A stretch of DNA of 64,000 bases from Amphiscolops sp. MND2022 (Eukaryota), in the NCBI GenBank assembly GCA_964187785.1, contig OZ076409.1, forward strand, positions 74,774,001 to 74,838,000, read 5' to 3'. This document shows, one piece after another, positions 1 through 10,716 of this stretch (position 1 is its first letter; every line of letters starts with the position of its first letter). The notes beneath the pieces were generated by a model that was not told the DNA's origin, did no database searches, and saw nothing but the letters and a program-made list of their open reading frames with translations. A program made the translations under genes and the position numbers.

Positions 1-684
1 TTTTTTCCGTTATTTGGGCCCCCAAAGTGGGGGAAAAGACCCCCCAACCAGTAAAGCAAGTGAATGCATGTGGAAAGCCCTTGTTTAGAGGAGAAAAATG
101 CCGTTTAGAACGTCTTTTTATCTTGGCTCAACGTTGACTTATGACGTTTTGAAGGTGATGTTTGGAGGTGTAAATCACGTGAATAGTAAACGTTATGAGT
201 ATTTATCTGATCTGAAAGCCATTGAGATGCAATATGGTTTGCTCAAAACGTAATTCATGGCAGTTTGGCAATCAATCAACACCCTTTGTTGTCGTTTGAC
301 ATACTTTTTTGTTGTTATAATAAAAATTTTGTGTATTTGTTCATTTTTTTCTCATCAAATAACTTGAAACAGTTGAGTACATTCCATCCCCCCTTCCGGG
401 GGAGATGAGAATGTACTCGCAAAAAGCAGCGAATTACGGCCCTTACCTTCCCGAGCTACGCAGTATAAGGATTACATATTGGTTCCGACATTTTCATAGA
501 GTTAAATCTTGGTAATCTGTCTGGATATGCAGAAAAATCAGCACGTGCCTTTTAATACCAAGTTGCTCACAACGACAATTATTTTATATCAACGCCCCCA
601 TATTTATCAACGCCCCCCGTCCGTGGGCATGCCGAGGCATGCCCTTCGACGACGTATACCAAGATATACATCGAGCGCGTTAGC
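1..684 (+). mobile_element. Unit U0 (partial, 3' half of an E-type unit)
   Basis: Nearly identical to 53649-54332. Long hairpin at 375-418 and terminal palindrome at 625-644. Confidence 0.7.
607..657 (+). promoter_or_regulatory. Conserved sub-terminal motif CAACGCCCMCCGTCYGT-GGGCATGCCGAGGCATGCCC-TTCGACGACGTAT (example; at 33 of 38 unit ends)
   Basis: 9-bp inverted repeat around GA. In the copies measured it starts 55-73 bp before CTAG. It matches RRRCWWGYYY x2 at 19/20 positions. Function is inferred only. Confidence 0.6.
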
Positions 685-691
685 CTAGGTG
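685..691 (+). other. Invariant junction core CTAGGTG (first of 38); candidate recombination or nicking site
   Basis: Present at every unit boundary; left and right flanks assort largely independently. Confidence 0.85.
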
Positions 692-1970
692 CCGGGATTT
701 CTATTCGATAAAGTATGTGGCGCGTGTGGGTAGGGCCCCTGGCGCGCTCTTGGGTATGGTGTTCACCAGCTAGGAAACAGGGGTCGATTTTTCGGGATCT
801 CCTAAACTAGCCACACGATTTGGCTGAAATTTGGCACACGTACTCCCCTCGGCATGGTGAAGATGATTCCCTACTAGCGTTTTGCTCGCAAAATTTTTTT
901 TGTTGTCCAAAATAACGGTTTTTGGGGGAAAATTTTGAACTTTTTTTAAATTTCATCTTATATCTCGCCACGGGTTTACGCTAGCGCTTCAAAACCCTGC
1001 TAAAGAAAGCTTGCAAACTGTCTCAGGAATGCGGTGTGAAGTTTTCAGCTCAATCGGACTTAAACTCAGGGAGATATAGCGTTTTTCCGGAGCGGGGGGG
1101 TTTCATTTTTCTAACGGTCCAGCTTATCTTAGCCATTTTTTCGAAAATGTACTCGCCTAAAGACCTCCCCTGGCCGGTTTTATTCCCAGCAAAACCATTT
1201 GGCCCTAAATACGGAGTTTCAGCGTTCCAGCATTCCCGGGCGAAAAGTTGTGAGACTTAGAAAATTTCAAAAATTTTCAAATTTTTTTTTTCCGTTTTCC
1301 GCCCTCCCCCCCGAGGGGAAAAGACCCCCCAACCAGTAATTTGAGTGAATTCATGTGGAAAGGCCATGTTTAGAGGAGAAAAATCCCGTTTAAATTGTCT
1401 TTTTATCTTTATTCAACGTTGACTTATGACGTTTTGAAGGTGATGTTTGGAGGTGTGAAGCACGTGAAAAGTAAACGTTATGAGTTTTTATCTGATCTGA
1501 AAGCCATTGAGATGCAACCTGTTTTGCTCAAAACGTAATTCATATCAGTTTGGTAGTCAATCAACACCCTTTGTTGTCATTTGACATCTTTTTTTGTTGA
1601 TATAAGAAAAAATTTCGTGTATTTATTCATTTTTTTCTCATCAAATAACTTGAAACAGTTGAGTACATTCCATCCCCCCTTCACGGGGGAGATGAGAATG
1701 TACTCGCAAAAAGCCCCGAACTACGACCCTTACCTTCCTGAGCTACGCAGTATAAAGATTGCATATTGGTTCCGACATTTTGATAGAGTTATATCTTGGT
1801 AATCTGTCTGGGTATGCAGAAAAACCAGCACGTGCTTTTTTATACCAAGTTGCTCACAACGACATTTATTTTATATCAACGCCCCCATATTTATCAACGC
1901 CCCCCGTCCGTGGGCATGCCGAGGCATGCCCTTCGACGACGTATACCAAGATATGTTCGAGCGCGTTAGC
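685..1970 (+). mobile_element. Unit U1, type E, 1286 bp
   Basis: Head CTAGGTGCCGGGATTTCTATTCG; tail palindrome at 1912; similar to U23/U24/U29. Confidence 0.7.
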
Positions 1971-3359
1971 CTAGGTGGTTGGGGCGGTCCCCAGAACGCA
2001 CAAGGAGGCGCGGGGAGGGTCCTGCGCCGACGTAGAATAATTTCATATAATACTAGTATCCTACATGGGTGTTTTAGAGGCGATTTTGGAATCTAACCGT
2101 AGGATTTGGATAATTTTTTGCATGCGGCCATAACTCGAAATTCTAAGAACTTTTTCCTACTGTCATTTTCCCCGCAAATTTTTTTTTGTTGACTCACGGC
2201 CAAAAAACCGGAAATAACGTCCTTTTTAGACGTTATATCCGAAGTGTCGTCATAACTTTTTTCCAGGGCATGCTAGCGTTCTCGTTCACTTTTACACTTA
2301 GTTGCAGCATCTCAAAATACAACTGGTGGAAAATTTTGATTGCATTCGGATCACCCCCCACCGAGATAGAAGGGTCCCCCCCTCCAGTTTTACCCCCCAA
2401 ATTTGCAAAATAGCCAATTTTGAGCATGAAGCCGAGGATTTAGCGTACCCGCACCCTCCTGATGTTTTGTTGTACGTATTGGGGTCAATCTGACGACATG
2501 TGTGGTTTTCACCCCCAACCCCCCCTTGGACCGGAAATGACTCTTTTTTGTGTTTTTTGGCAGAATTTAGCCTTTTTCATTATTAGGCAGTCGTTTTAGG
2601 GACTCCTAGCAGGATATCGAAATTGAAATACAACCTGATCACAACCCAGTGACAACATGTTGGCCATTTGGAGGTATCATCATGACCGGAAGTGGGGTCA
2701 ACCCCCCTTTTTGTGACCGCTTTTTGACCTTGTGCACCAAAATGCCAACATCTTGAGGCCTAATGAGGCATTCAAATCTGTACAAAGATAAAATGTTAGA
2801 CAACCGAAGTCCCGGAAGATCTTTAGCATATACCGGAAGTTACCCCCCATGACCGGAAGTTACCCAATGTGACCGGAAATGGTCCAAAAATTAATGTAAA
2901 GTTGAATTTTTCACTATTTCAAGACCACTTAATTGAAACTTTTCAATCTCAAAACTAGCGTACTGGCTTGTTTTGCTGAATTTATGGAAATTGATGAGCT
3001 CTATCGCCCCCGATAGCCTTCGAAGTTGACCTTGCGTCAACTTTGTAGGCTATCGATAAAGAAAAATGAACAACAAAGTACATTGTTGCTCTCGTTTTTT
3101 TCCCGTTGTTTTTCCTCAAACATTCTTGAGACATATACATGGCCGTTAGTTGAAATCAATGTTTAGCCCATGTTATAGCTGGAGCAGCGAAGCGTTACAC
3201 AGACTAGTGTGGTTTTGAAATCACACTATTTAAATTAACAACTGACCGTCTTAGTCAACTCCACACATTCATACCAACGCCCACCGTCTGTGGGCATGCC
3301 GAGGCATGCCCTTCGACGACGTATGACGAATCCACTCCAACGACACCCGCAGTCCTCAG
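1971..3359 (+). mobile_element. Unit U2, type A, 1389 bp
   Basis: Head CTAGGTGGTTGGGGCGGTCCCCAG; CGATAGCC hairpin at 3011-3055; tail ...GTCCTCAG. Confidence 0.7.
2832..2880 (+). repeat. Triad of ACCGGAAG/AT motifs at exactly 20-bp spacing (example; A, B and C units)
   Basis: ACCGGAA at 2832, 2852, 2872; also 6428/6448/6468 and 4262(ATCGGAA)/4282/4302. Confidence 0.75.
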
Positions 3360-5552
3360 CTAGGTGGAGGTTATTTTATAATAATTAATGTGTTTTTTTC
3401 CGGAGTTTGTGGCTTTGGAAAAAACAAAAGGCGAGAAATCGTGCACTCCGGGCTGAACCGTATACACTCAAATTTCGCCCATTTTTTATACGATCTCGAA
3501 ACCCAGCCGTACGATTTTGCGCAAAATTTGCATGCGGCTACAAAATCAGATTCTAAGAACTATTTCCTGGTGACATTTTTTTGAAATTTTTGTGTACGTT
3601 TCCCCCCCGCCCCCTAAAGGGGTCACTTTTCCCCACTTTTGCACTTATGAGTCAAATTCTCAAACCTGGTGGATCTGAGCGTATTCCTGACGGGGACAAC
3701 TTTTAACAAGCGCTCCTCAGTCGACCTTTTTGACTTTTTACTTTGGTGGTACGTTCACCCCCCGAGGAGGAAATTGCGTTTTTGTGACTTCCGGTCGAGG
3801 CTTTTTTCACCCAAAAATTAGAATTAAGCCAGTTTTGAGCAGGAAGGAGTGGATTTAAAGTGCCTGTACCCTGCTAAAAATTTGTTGGGCTTGTAGCGAT
3901 ATATCTCATACCAAGTCTGGTTTTCACCCCCAAACCCCCCTTGAGACCAAAATTCACCCAAAGTTTTTTACCTCTGTTTGTAGTTTTTTTACCGAATATC
4001 GTCATTTCCATGGGTACGGAGTTGAATTAGGGGCTCCTAATAGGGTACCGATGTTCAAGTACACTTGCAGTGCAACTGAGTGACCCTTTTTGGGCCTCTC
4101 CTGTGTTCGGCAAGGACCGGAAGTGGTGTAACCCCCCCTTTTTTGACGTTTGTTGACCTTGAGACTCGCGCTTAGATGACGTTTATGTCGCGCAAATCCT
4201 ACAAACAAGTATTAGGATGTCATGCTAGCCAACTAGAGAGCAGTAAGGGAAACAATAATATATCGGAAGTAACCCCCCGTGACCGGAAGTTGTCATTTTT
4301 GACCGGAAATGGTCCAAAACCTAGCGTTAAAGCAGTTTTTCATTGCTTTTAAAGTCAACTTCTTACATTTTTCAATCTGCGCGAGCTTTTCTTCAGGTTC
4401 GTTTTTGTTGCCGGTGCACAGCAACGAATATACAACTGTAAAATTTTCGCTATAAAATCGTCGGAGAGAGAAATAACGGAATATTTGGAGTTTTTTTCGA
4501 AAATATTAGTCTATATCTGTCATTTTTACCCAATGTTATTCAACAGTAGAACCACAGATTTTATTCTCTGCCCAAAAATATGCCTAACAAATTCACCTGT
4601 CCCTTTGGTTGCAGTTTGAGCATTCTAGCTTTTTCTGGTCACAAGTAAGGGGACTTGAAAAAGTTTCAAAAACTTTTCCGAAAAATTTTTCTAAACGTCA
4701 TGTCTCCCAAAGTTAAGAAACTTCCGCACAACTAGGATTACAAGTGAATGCACGTGGTAAGACCTCTAATTGGAGAGAAAAATTCAGTTTAGAACGTCTC
4801 TTTATCGTAACGTGACGTTAAGAGAAGTTGCTTTGAATGCGAGCTTGATGAGACGTCGAGAAGTAACAGTGTGTAAATGGAACCTATGTCTCGACAAATA
4901 CTCATCGGAATACATGAGATGAACCCCAATTACCCTCAATTTCAGTTGCCTAGTACAACAACGTCTTCCAAGGACCCTTTAATCTTTTTGATAAGCGTTG
5001 AAGTCATCAATAGATTGAGTTCGCAAGAAACAATTGAGTACATTCTCATCTCTCCCCATCGGGTGAGATGAGAATGTTTTTGCTGAAAGCCAGGTACTAC
5101 GGCCCAATTTTGTTTCATTGCGACGCATTCTGTGCTTTAGCACATAGATACTTTTATTCCGTCTCACTTTTTGTATACACTCTGATTTGTTGTTATGAAT
5201 TTCTCGTCATTACTTTACATAAACTAATTACCATAAAACTTTAACGTCAAAGCCACATTCATTTAGACACCCACCATTCCGTAGGTATGCCGAGGTATGC
5301 CATTCGAAGATGTAGGTCAAACGCAAATGCGATAAAAATAGTGCTGAAAATCGGAAACAGTGACAAACAATTTTGACTTTTTGATATTTGTTAGGTTTTC
5401 ATATGGAACTTACACATCACTGACAATTCAAAACATTCCAGCTGACGCTCACATACAAACATCAACGCCCACCGTCTGTGGGCATGCCGAGGCATGCCCT
5501 TCGACGACGTATAGCAAATTCCTTTAATATCTACACCCAATTGCGGTAGCTG
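3360..5552 (+). mobile_element. Unit U3, type B, 2193 bp
   Basis: Head CTAGGTGGAGGTTATTTTATA; near-identical to U18. Confidence 0.7.
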
Positions 5553-6951
5553 CTAGGTGGTCGGGTATTTTTTTTTACTCGTAGATGGCGTTTGCGAGGC
5601 TTTGGGGAGGGCCCCGTGCCGAGCCTGTACCGAAATTTACCACATACCAGAAGTGGTATAAATATTCGAGATCTCAAAAACTAACCGTTAGAATTCTCTG
5701 AAATTTTGCATGTGGCTCTTAATCAATGAGTAATGAAAAAGTGTAGGAGTGACGGTTGCTGAAAAAGTTGCCTTTGTTGCACTTTTTGCGCAATTTTTGT
5801 CGCATTGTTGCGTTTTTTATGTCATTTTCCACTTTGGAGGCAAAAAAGTCACAGATGCTTTGTTCCTAGCGTATCAAGTGTGGTGCACGAAAAGTTGCAG
5901 CACCTTCAATTACGTATGCTGAAAAACTTTGGTTGCCCTCGGCTTACCCCCCACAGAGATAGAGAGGTGCTTCCGGTTATTTTTGACCCCTAAATTTGGG
6001 AAAATGCTAATTTTCGTAATAAAGCTGTAGATTTAGCGTGTGCACACCCTGCAGAAGATTTGTTGGGCATTTTGAGATAGATCCGATGACATGCGTTCAG
6101 TTCACCCCCATCACCCCCTGGACCGGAAATGAACTTTTTTGTGTCCTTTCAGACCGGAAGTCTCCATTTTCAACGGTAAGGAGTCCTTGTACGAACAACT
6201 CGCAGGGCATCAAAATTGAAGTACAATGTGGGGTGAGCCTAGTTACCACGTGTTGTCCAGTCATGGGTACCGCCATGACCGGAAACGGGGTCAAAAACCC
6301 CCCTATTGGTCCTTTTTTTAATCAGTTTGACTAGTGTTTTGTCCACATTCAAGTCGCATAAGCAAATTAAACCAGTGTGAGCATAGACTGCATGTTCACT
6401 GCGTAGACGTAACTGACGCTGCCATATACCGGAAGTAACCCCCTCTGACCGGAAGTGGTCAATTTTGACCGGAAATGGTCCAAAAAGTAGCGTAAATGCA
6501 GTTTTTCTTTGCTTTTTAAGGTCAAGTTATTACTTTCTTTTCAATTTGAATGCTATTTTCCACGCAAAAAGCTAACATCGTTGCATGTTTTGCTGAAAAC
6601 CTGAAAAGTGCCCACCTTTATCACCCCCGATAGCCTTTCAAGTTTACCTTGGGTCAATCTTGAAGGCTATCTGTACTTAAAACGAAAAATAGAGTTAATT
6701 AGATTTCTCCTTTACGTTGACATTTTTCCTTCACATTAATTTGTTATGAAAAGACTTTTTTCCAACTTAAAGATCTAAAAATTGGTCAAAAGGTGCCACC
6801 CTGACAAAGATTATTTGCAATTGAAGTAAACTGAGAAAGAAGGTAGTATTAGTCGACATCACACATTTTTACCAACGCCCACCGTCTGTGGGCATGCCGA
6901 GGCATGCCCTTCGACGACGTATGCCCAATATACGCGTTAGCGCGGTAGCAG
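5553..6951 (+). mobile_element. Unit U4, type C, 1399 bp
   Basis: Head CTAGGTGGTCGGGTATTTT; GATAGCC hairpin; related to U15. Confidence 0.7.
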
Positions 6952-9328
6952 CTAGGTGGTCGGGGTGTTTCCCAGCCGTTTTGGCCGCGCGGGGAGGGAC
7001 CCGTTCAGCGGCCCAGGTAATTAAGATTTTGTCATTAAAAAAATGACCCATCCGGAAAGCGATTTCGAAACCCACCCGTAGGATCCCTCTGAATTTTTGC
7101 ATGCACCTCCGTATAACAGATGTAAGATAAAGTCAGCAAGGGCGTTTTCAGTTCTAAACGGGGAATGTTGACCAAAAAGCGCAATTTATGTCCAAAAAAA
7201 TGCAATTTTTCGACTTTTTTATTTTTGACGGCCAACAGCTCTTTTCCAGATGCCCGCCCAAGTCATAAACCGGAGTAAGCTTTTGTTGGGCACTTCGTGA
7301 AGAATCTTTAGGGTGATTTTCGTTTCATTCCTATTTCCTGACGTTGACTTATGGTTGGTTGAAAAAACGCAACATTTGTTACAAAAAGTGCTTTTGGTAC
7401 TCAAGGGCCCATAACTCGTGACATAATCAATTGAGCAAGTTCGTGTATAATTACGATTTTGTTGCCTATCTATAGGAGAACAAACAAGCAGGAATAAAAT
7501 TTTCTGTGGGAAGACGTCAAAAAAAGATATCAAAGGTTTTATACTCAATAAAATGGTGTTTTTCGATTATCGTGGAAAAAATGTAAAAGGGTGGCATTTT
7601 TCGGCTGTTCAAGGTAGCGGGTATTTCATTGCAGTTAATAACTCACCTCTAGTAGTCATTTACTTGGATGATTTTCAATGTTGATAAATTGCATGATAAA
7701 CTTCATTTTTTGCGTCACCAATATTGACACCCACGATTTCAGTCAATTTTTTCGCGTTCACGTTTTTGAGTGGATATAACTTTTTTCCAGTGCGTTTTAC
7801 GGTCATCATCCAGGAGCACAAAATTGTTGGCCGTCTTAAGCAGAAAATATATGGTAAGTTTAGAGTCATTTGAAACGTTTTTGAAATGTCCAGAGATGCA
7901 CAAATTTACAGTTTTTTTGCCCACAAAACACTTTTTTACGAAACAAAAACACTTTTTGCCAAAAAAGTCAAACTTTGTCCACACAACTTAGATTGCAAGT
8001 GAATGCATGCGGAGAGTACTTGAAATGATGGGAAAAATGAGCTATAGAACGCTCATTTACGACAACCTGACGTGGACTTAGGATAATTTGAAAAAGTACG
8101 AAAAAAAAGAACAACGGTTCCAAAACAATCAGTTTGTAGTAAATGGCCAATAACTCCATACACAACCCTCCGCGCAAGCTGGTGTCCAAGTACGTTTTTG
8201 TTACCCGTGAATAGTGCAACAAATAAGTAAAAGTAAAACTTTATGTAGAGAATCGTCGGAGAAAGAAATAACGGGATTTTTTATCACATTTAAGAGACAA
8301 AATTGAAAAATTAGTCTATTCCTGGCATTTTACCTAAACTTTTTCGACAGTACACATACAGGAGGTAAAATTCGTCCAATATCATGCCTAACAAAACTAT
8401 TTGATCCATTGGTCGCAATTTGAGCGTTCCACCTTTCCCCAGTCATAAATTATGGGACTTCGAAAATTTTCAAAAGTTCCATTTTTCAACAAAATTTCAA
8501 ATTCAGGCCTCCCAAAGGTAAGAAAGTTCCACACAACTAGGATTGCAAGTGGTTGCATGTGGAAAGTGCTCGAACCGACAAGAAAAATGGGCTTTAGAAC
8601 GTCTCTCTATCGTAACCTGACGTTGACTTATGATGTTTTGAATGTGATACTGCTACGTGCTCGAGAAGTGTAAGTGGAACATATGTCTCGTTGAATACTC
8701 ATCGGAATACATTCAATGAACCCAATCACCCTAAATTGCAGTTTCCTAGTGCAACAACGTCTGTCAAGGACCTTTTTTGATAAGAGTCGAAATTATTATT
8801 AAATTCAGTTAGCAAGAAACACTTGAGTACATTCTCATCTCTCCCCATCGGGGGAGATGAGAATGTACTTGCTAAAACGGCTTCTTTGTTTTCATGCGAT
8901 GGATTCTGTGCCTTGCCACACATATAACTTTGTTTTGTGTGACCTTGCGTATATACTTTGACTTGTCATAATAAATTTCTTCTCGTAAATTTACGTAAAT
9001 CAACAATGCATCTACAATGCACCTTCAACGTCAAAGCCAAATAAATATAGCTGGCCACCGTCCGTAGGCAGAGCAAGGCATGCTTTTTGACGACGTATGC
9101 CGAAACACAAACGCGAACAAAACTGCTGAAAATCAGAAACAGTGACCAACAATTTTGACTGTTTGACATATGGTAGGTTTTTATATGGAACTTACACATC
9201 ACTGATATTTCACAACATTTCAGCTGACGCCCACCTACCACTATCAACGCGCACCGTCAGTGGGCATGCCGAGGCATGCCCTTCGACGACGTATGGCTAA
9301 TACCTTCAGCGACGCCCCCGCGCTCCCC
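6952..9328 (+). mobile_element. Unit U5, type D, 2377 bp
   Basis: Head CTAGGTGGTCGGGGTGTTTCCCAGCC; near-identical to U11. Confidence 0.7.
8825..8870 (+). repeat. Long bulged inverted repeat GAGTACATTC..CATCTC/GAGATG..GAATGTACT (example)
   Basis: About 20-bp stem, present in all types except A, C and H. Confidence 0.85.
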
Positions 9329-10716
9329 CTAGGTGGTTGGGGCGGTCCCCAGAACGCACAAGGAGGCGCGGGGAGGGTCCTGCGCCGACGTAGAATAATT
9401 TCATATAATACTAGTATCCTACATGGGTGTTTTAGAGGCGATTTTGGAATCTAACCGTAGGATTTGGATAATTTTTTGCATGCGGCCATAACTCGAAATT
9501 CTAAGAACTTTTTCTTACTGTCATTTTCCCCGCAAATTGTTTTTCGTTGACTTATGGCCGAAAAACCGGAAATAACGTCCTTTTTAGACGTTATATCCGA
9601 AGTGTCGTCATAACTTTTTTCCAGGGCATGCTAGCGTTCTCGTTCACTTTTACACTTAGTTGCAGCATCTCAAAATACAACTGGTGGAAAATTTTGGTTG
9701 CATTCGGATCACCCCCCACCGAGATAGTAGGGTTCCCCCCTCCAGTTTTACCCCCCAAATTTGCAAAATAGCCAATTTTGAGCATGAAGCCGAGGATTTA
9801 GCGTACCCGCACCCTTCTGATGTTTTGTTGTACGTATTGGGGTCAATCTGACCACATGTGTGGTTTTCACCCCCAACCCCCCCTGGGACCGGAAATGACA
9901 TTTTTTTGTGTTTTTTGGCAGAATTTAGCCTTTTTCATTATTAGGCAGTCGTTTTAGGGACTCTTAGCAGGATATCGAAATTGAAATACAACCTGATCAC
10001 AACCCAGTGACAACATGTTGGCCACTTGGAGGTATCATCATGACCGGAAGTGGGGTCAACCCCCCTTTTTGTGACCGCTTTTTGACCTTGTGCACCAAAA
10101 TGCCAACATCTTGAGGCCTAATGAGGCATTCAAATCTGTACAAAGATAAAATGTTAGACAACCGAAGTCCCGGAAGATCTTTAGCATATACCGGAAGTTA
10201 CCCCCCATGACCGGAAGTTACCCAATGTGACCGGAAATGGTCCAAAAATTAATGTAAAGTTGAATTTTTCACTACTTCAAGACCACTTAATTGAAACTTT
10301 TCAATCTCAAAACTAGTGTACTGGCTTGTTTTGCTGAATTTATGGAAATTGATGAGCTCTATCGCCCCCGATAGCCTTCGAAGTTGACCTTCCGTCAACT
10401 TTGGAGGCTATCGATAAAGAAAAATGAACAACAAAGTACATTGTTGCTCTCGTTTTTTCCCGTTGTTTTTCCTCAAACATTCTTGAGACATATACATGGC
10501 CGTTAGTTGAAATCAATATTTAGGCCATGTTATAGCTGGAGCAGCGAAGCGTTACACAGACTAGTGTGGTTTTGAAATCACACTATTTAAATTAACAACT
10601 GACCGTCTTAGTCAACTCCACACATTCATACCAACGCCCAACGTCTGTGGGCATGCCGAGGCATGCCCTTCGACGACGTATGACGAATCCATTCCAACGA
10701 CACCCGCAGTCCTCAG
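9329..10716 (+). mobile_element. Unit U6, type A, 1388 bp
   Basis: Near-identical to U2 and U16. Confidence 0.7.
10369..10413 (+). repeat. Alternative long inverted repeat CGATAGCCTTCGAAGTTGAC/GTCAACTTTGGAGGCTATCG of A and C units (example)
   Basis: 20-bp stem with two G-T pairs and a 5-nt loop. Confidence 0.85.

Noticed and set aside
685..691. Canonical Helitron call from CTAG plus hairpin
   Set aside because: No 5'-TC start or A|T target on either strand, the hairpins are farther from CTAG than the usual ~10-15 nt, and no Rep/helicase is present. Kept only as one hypothesis.
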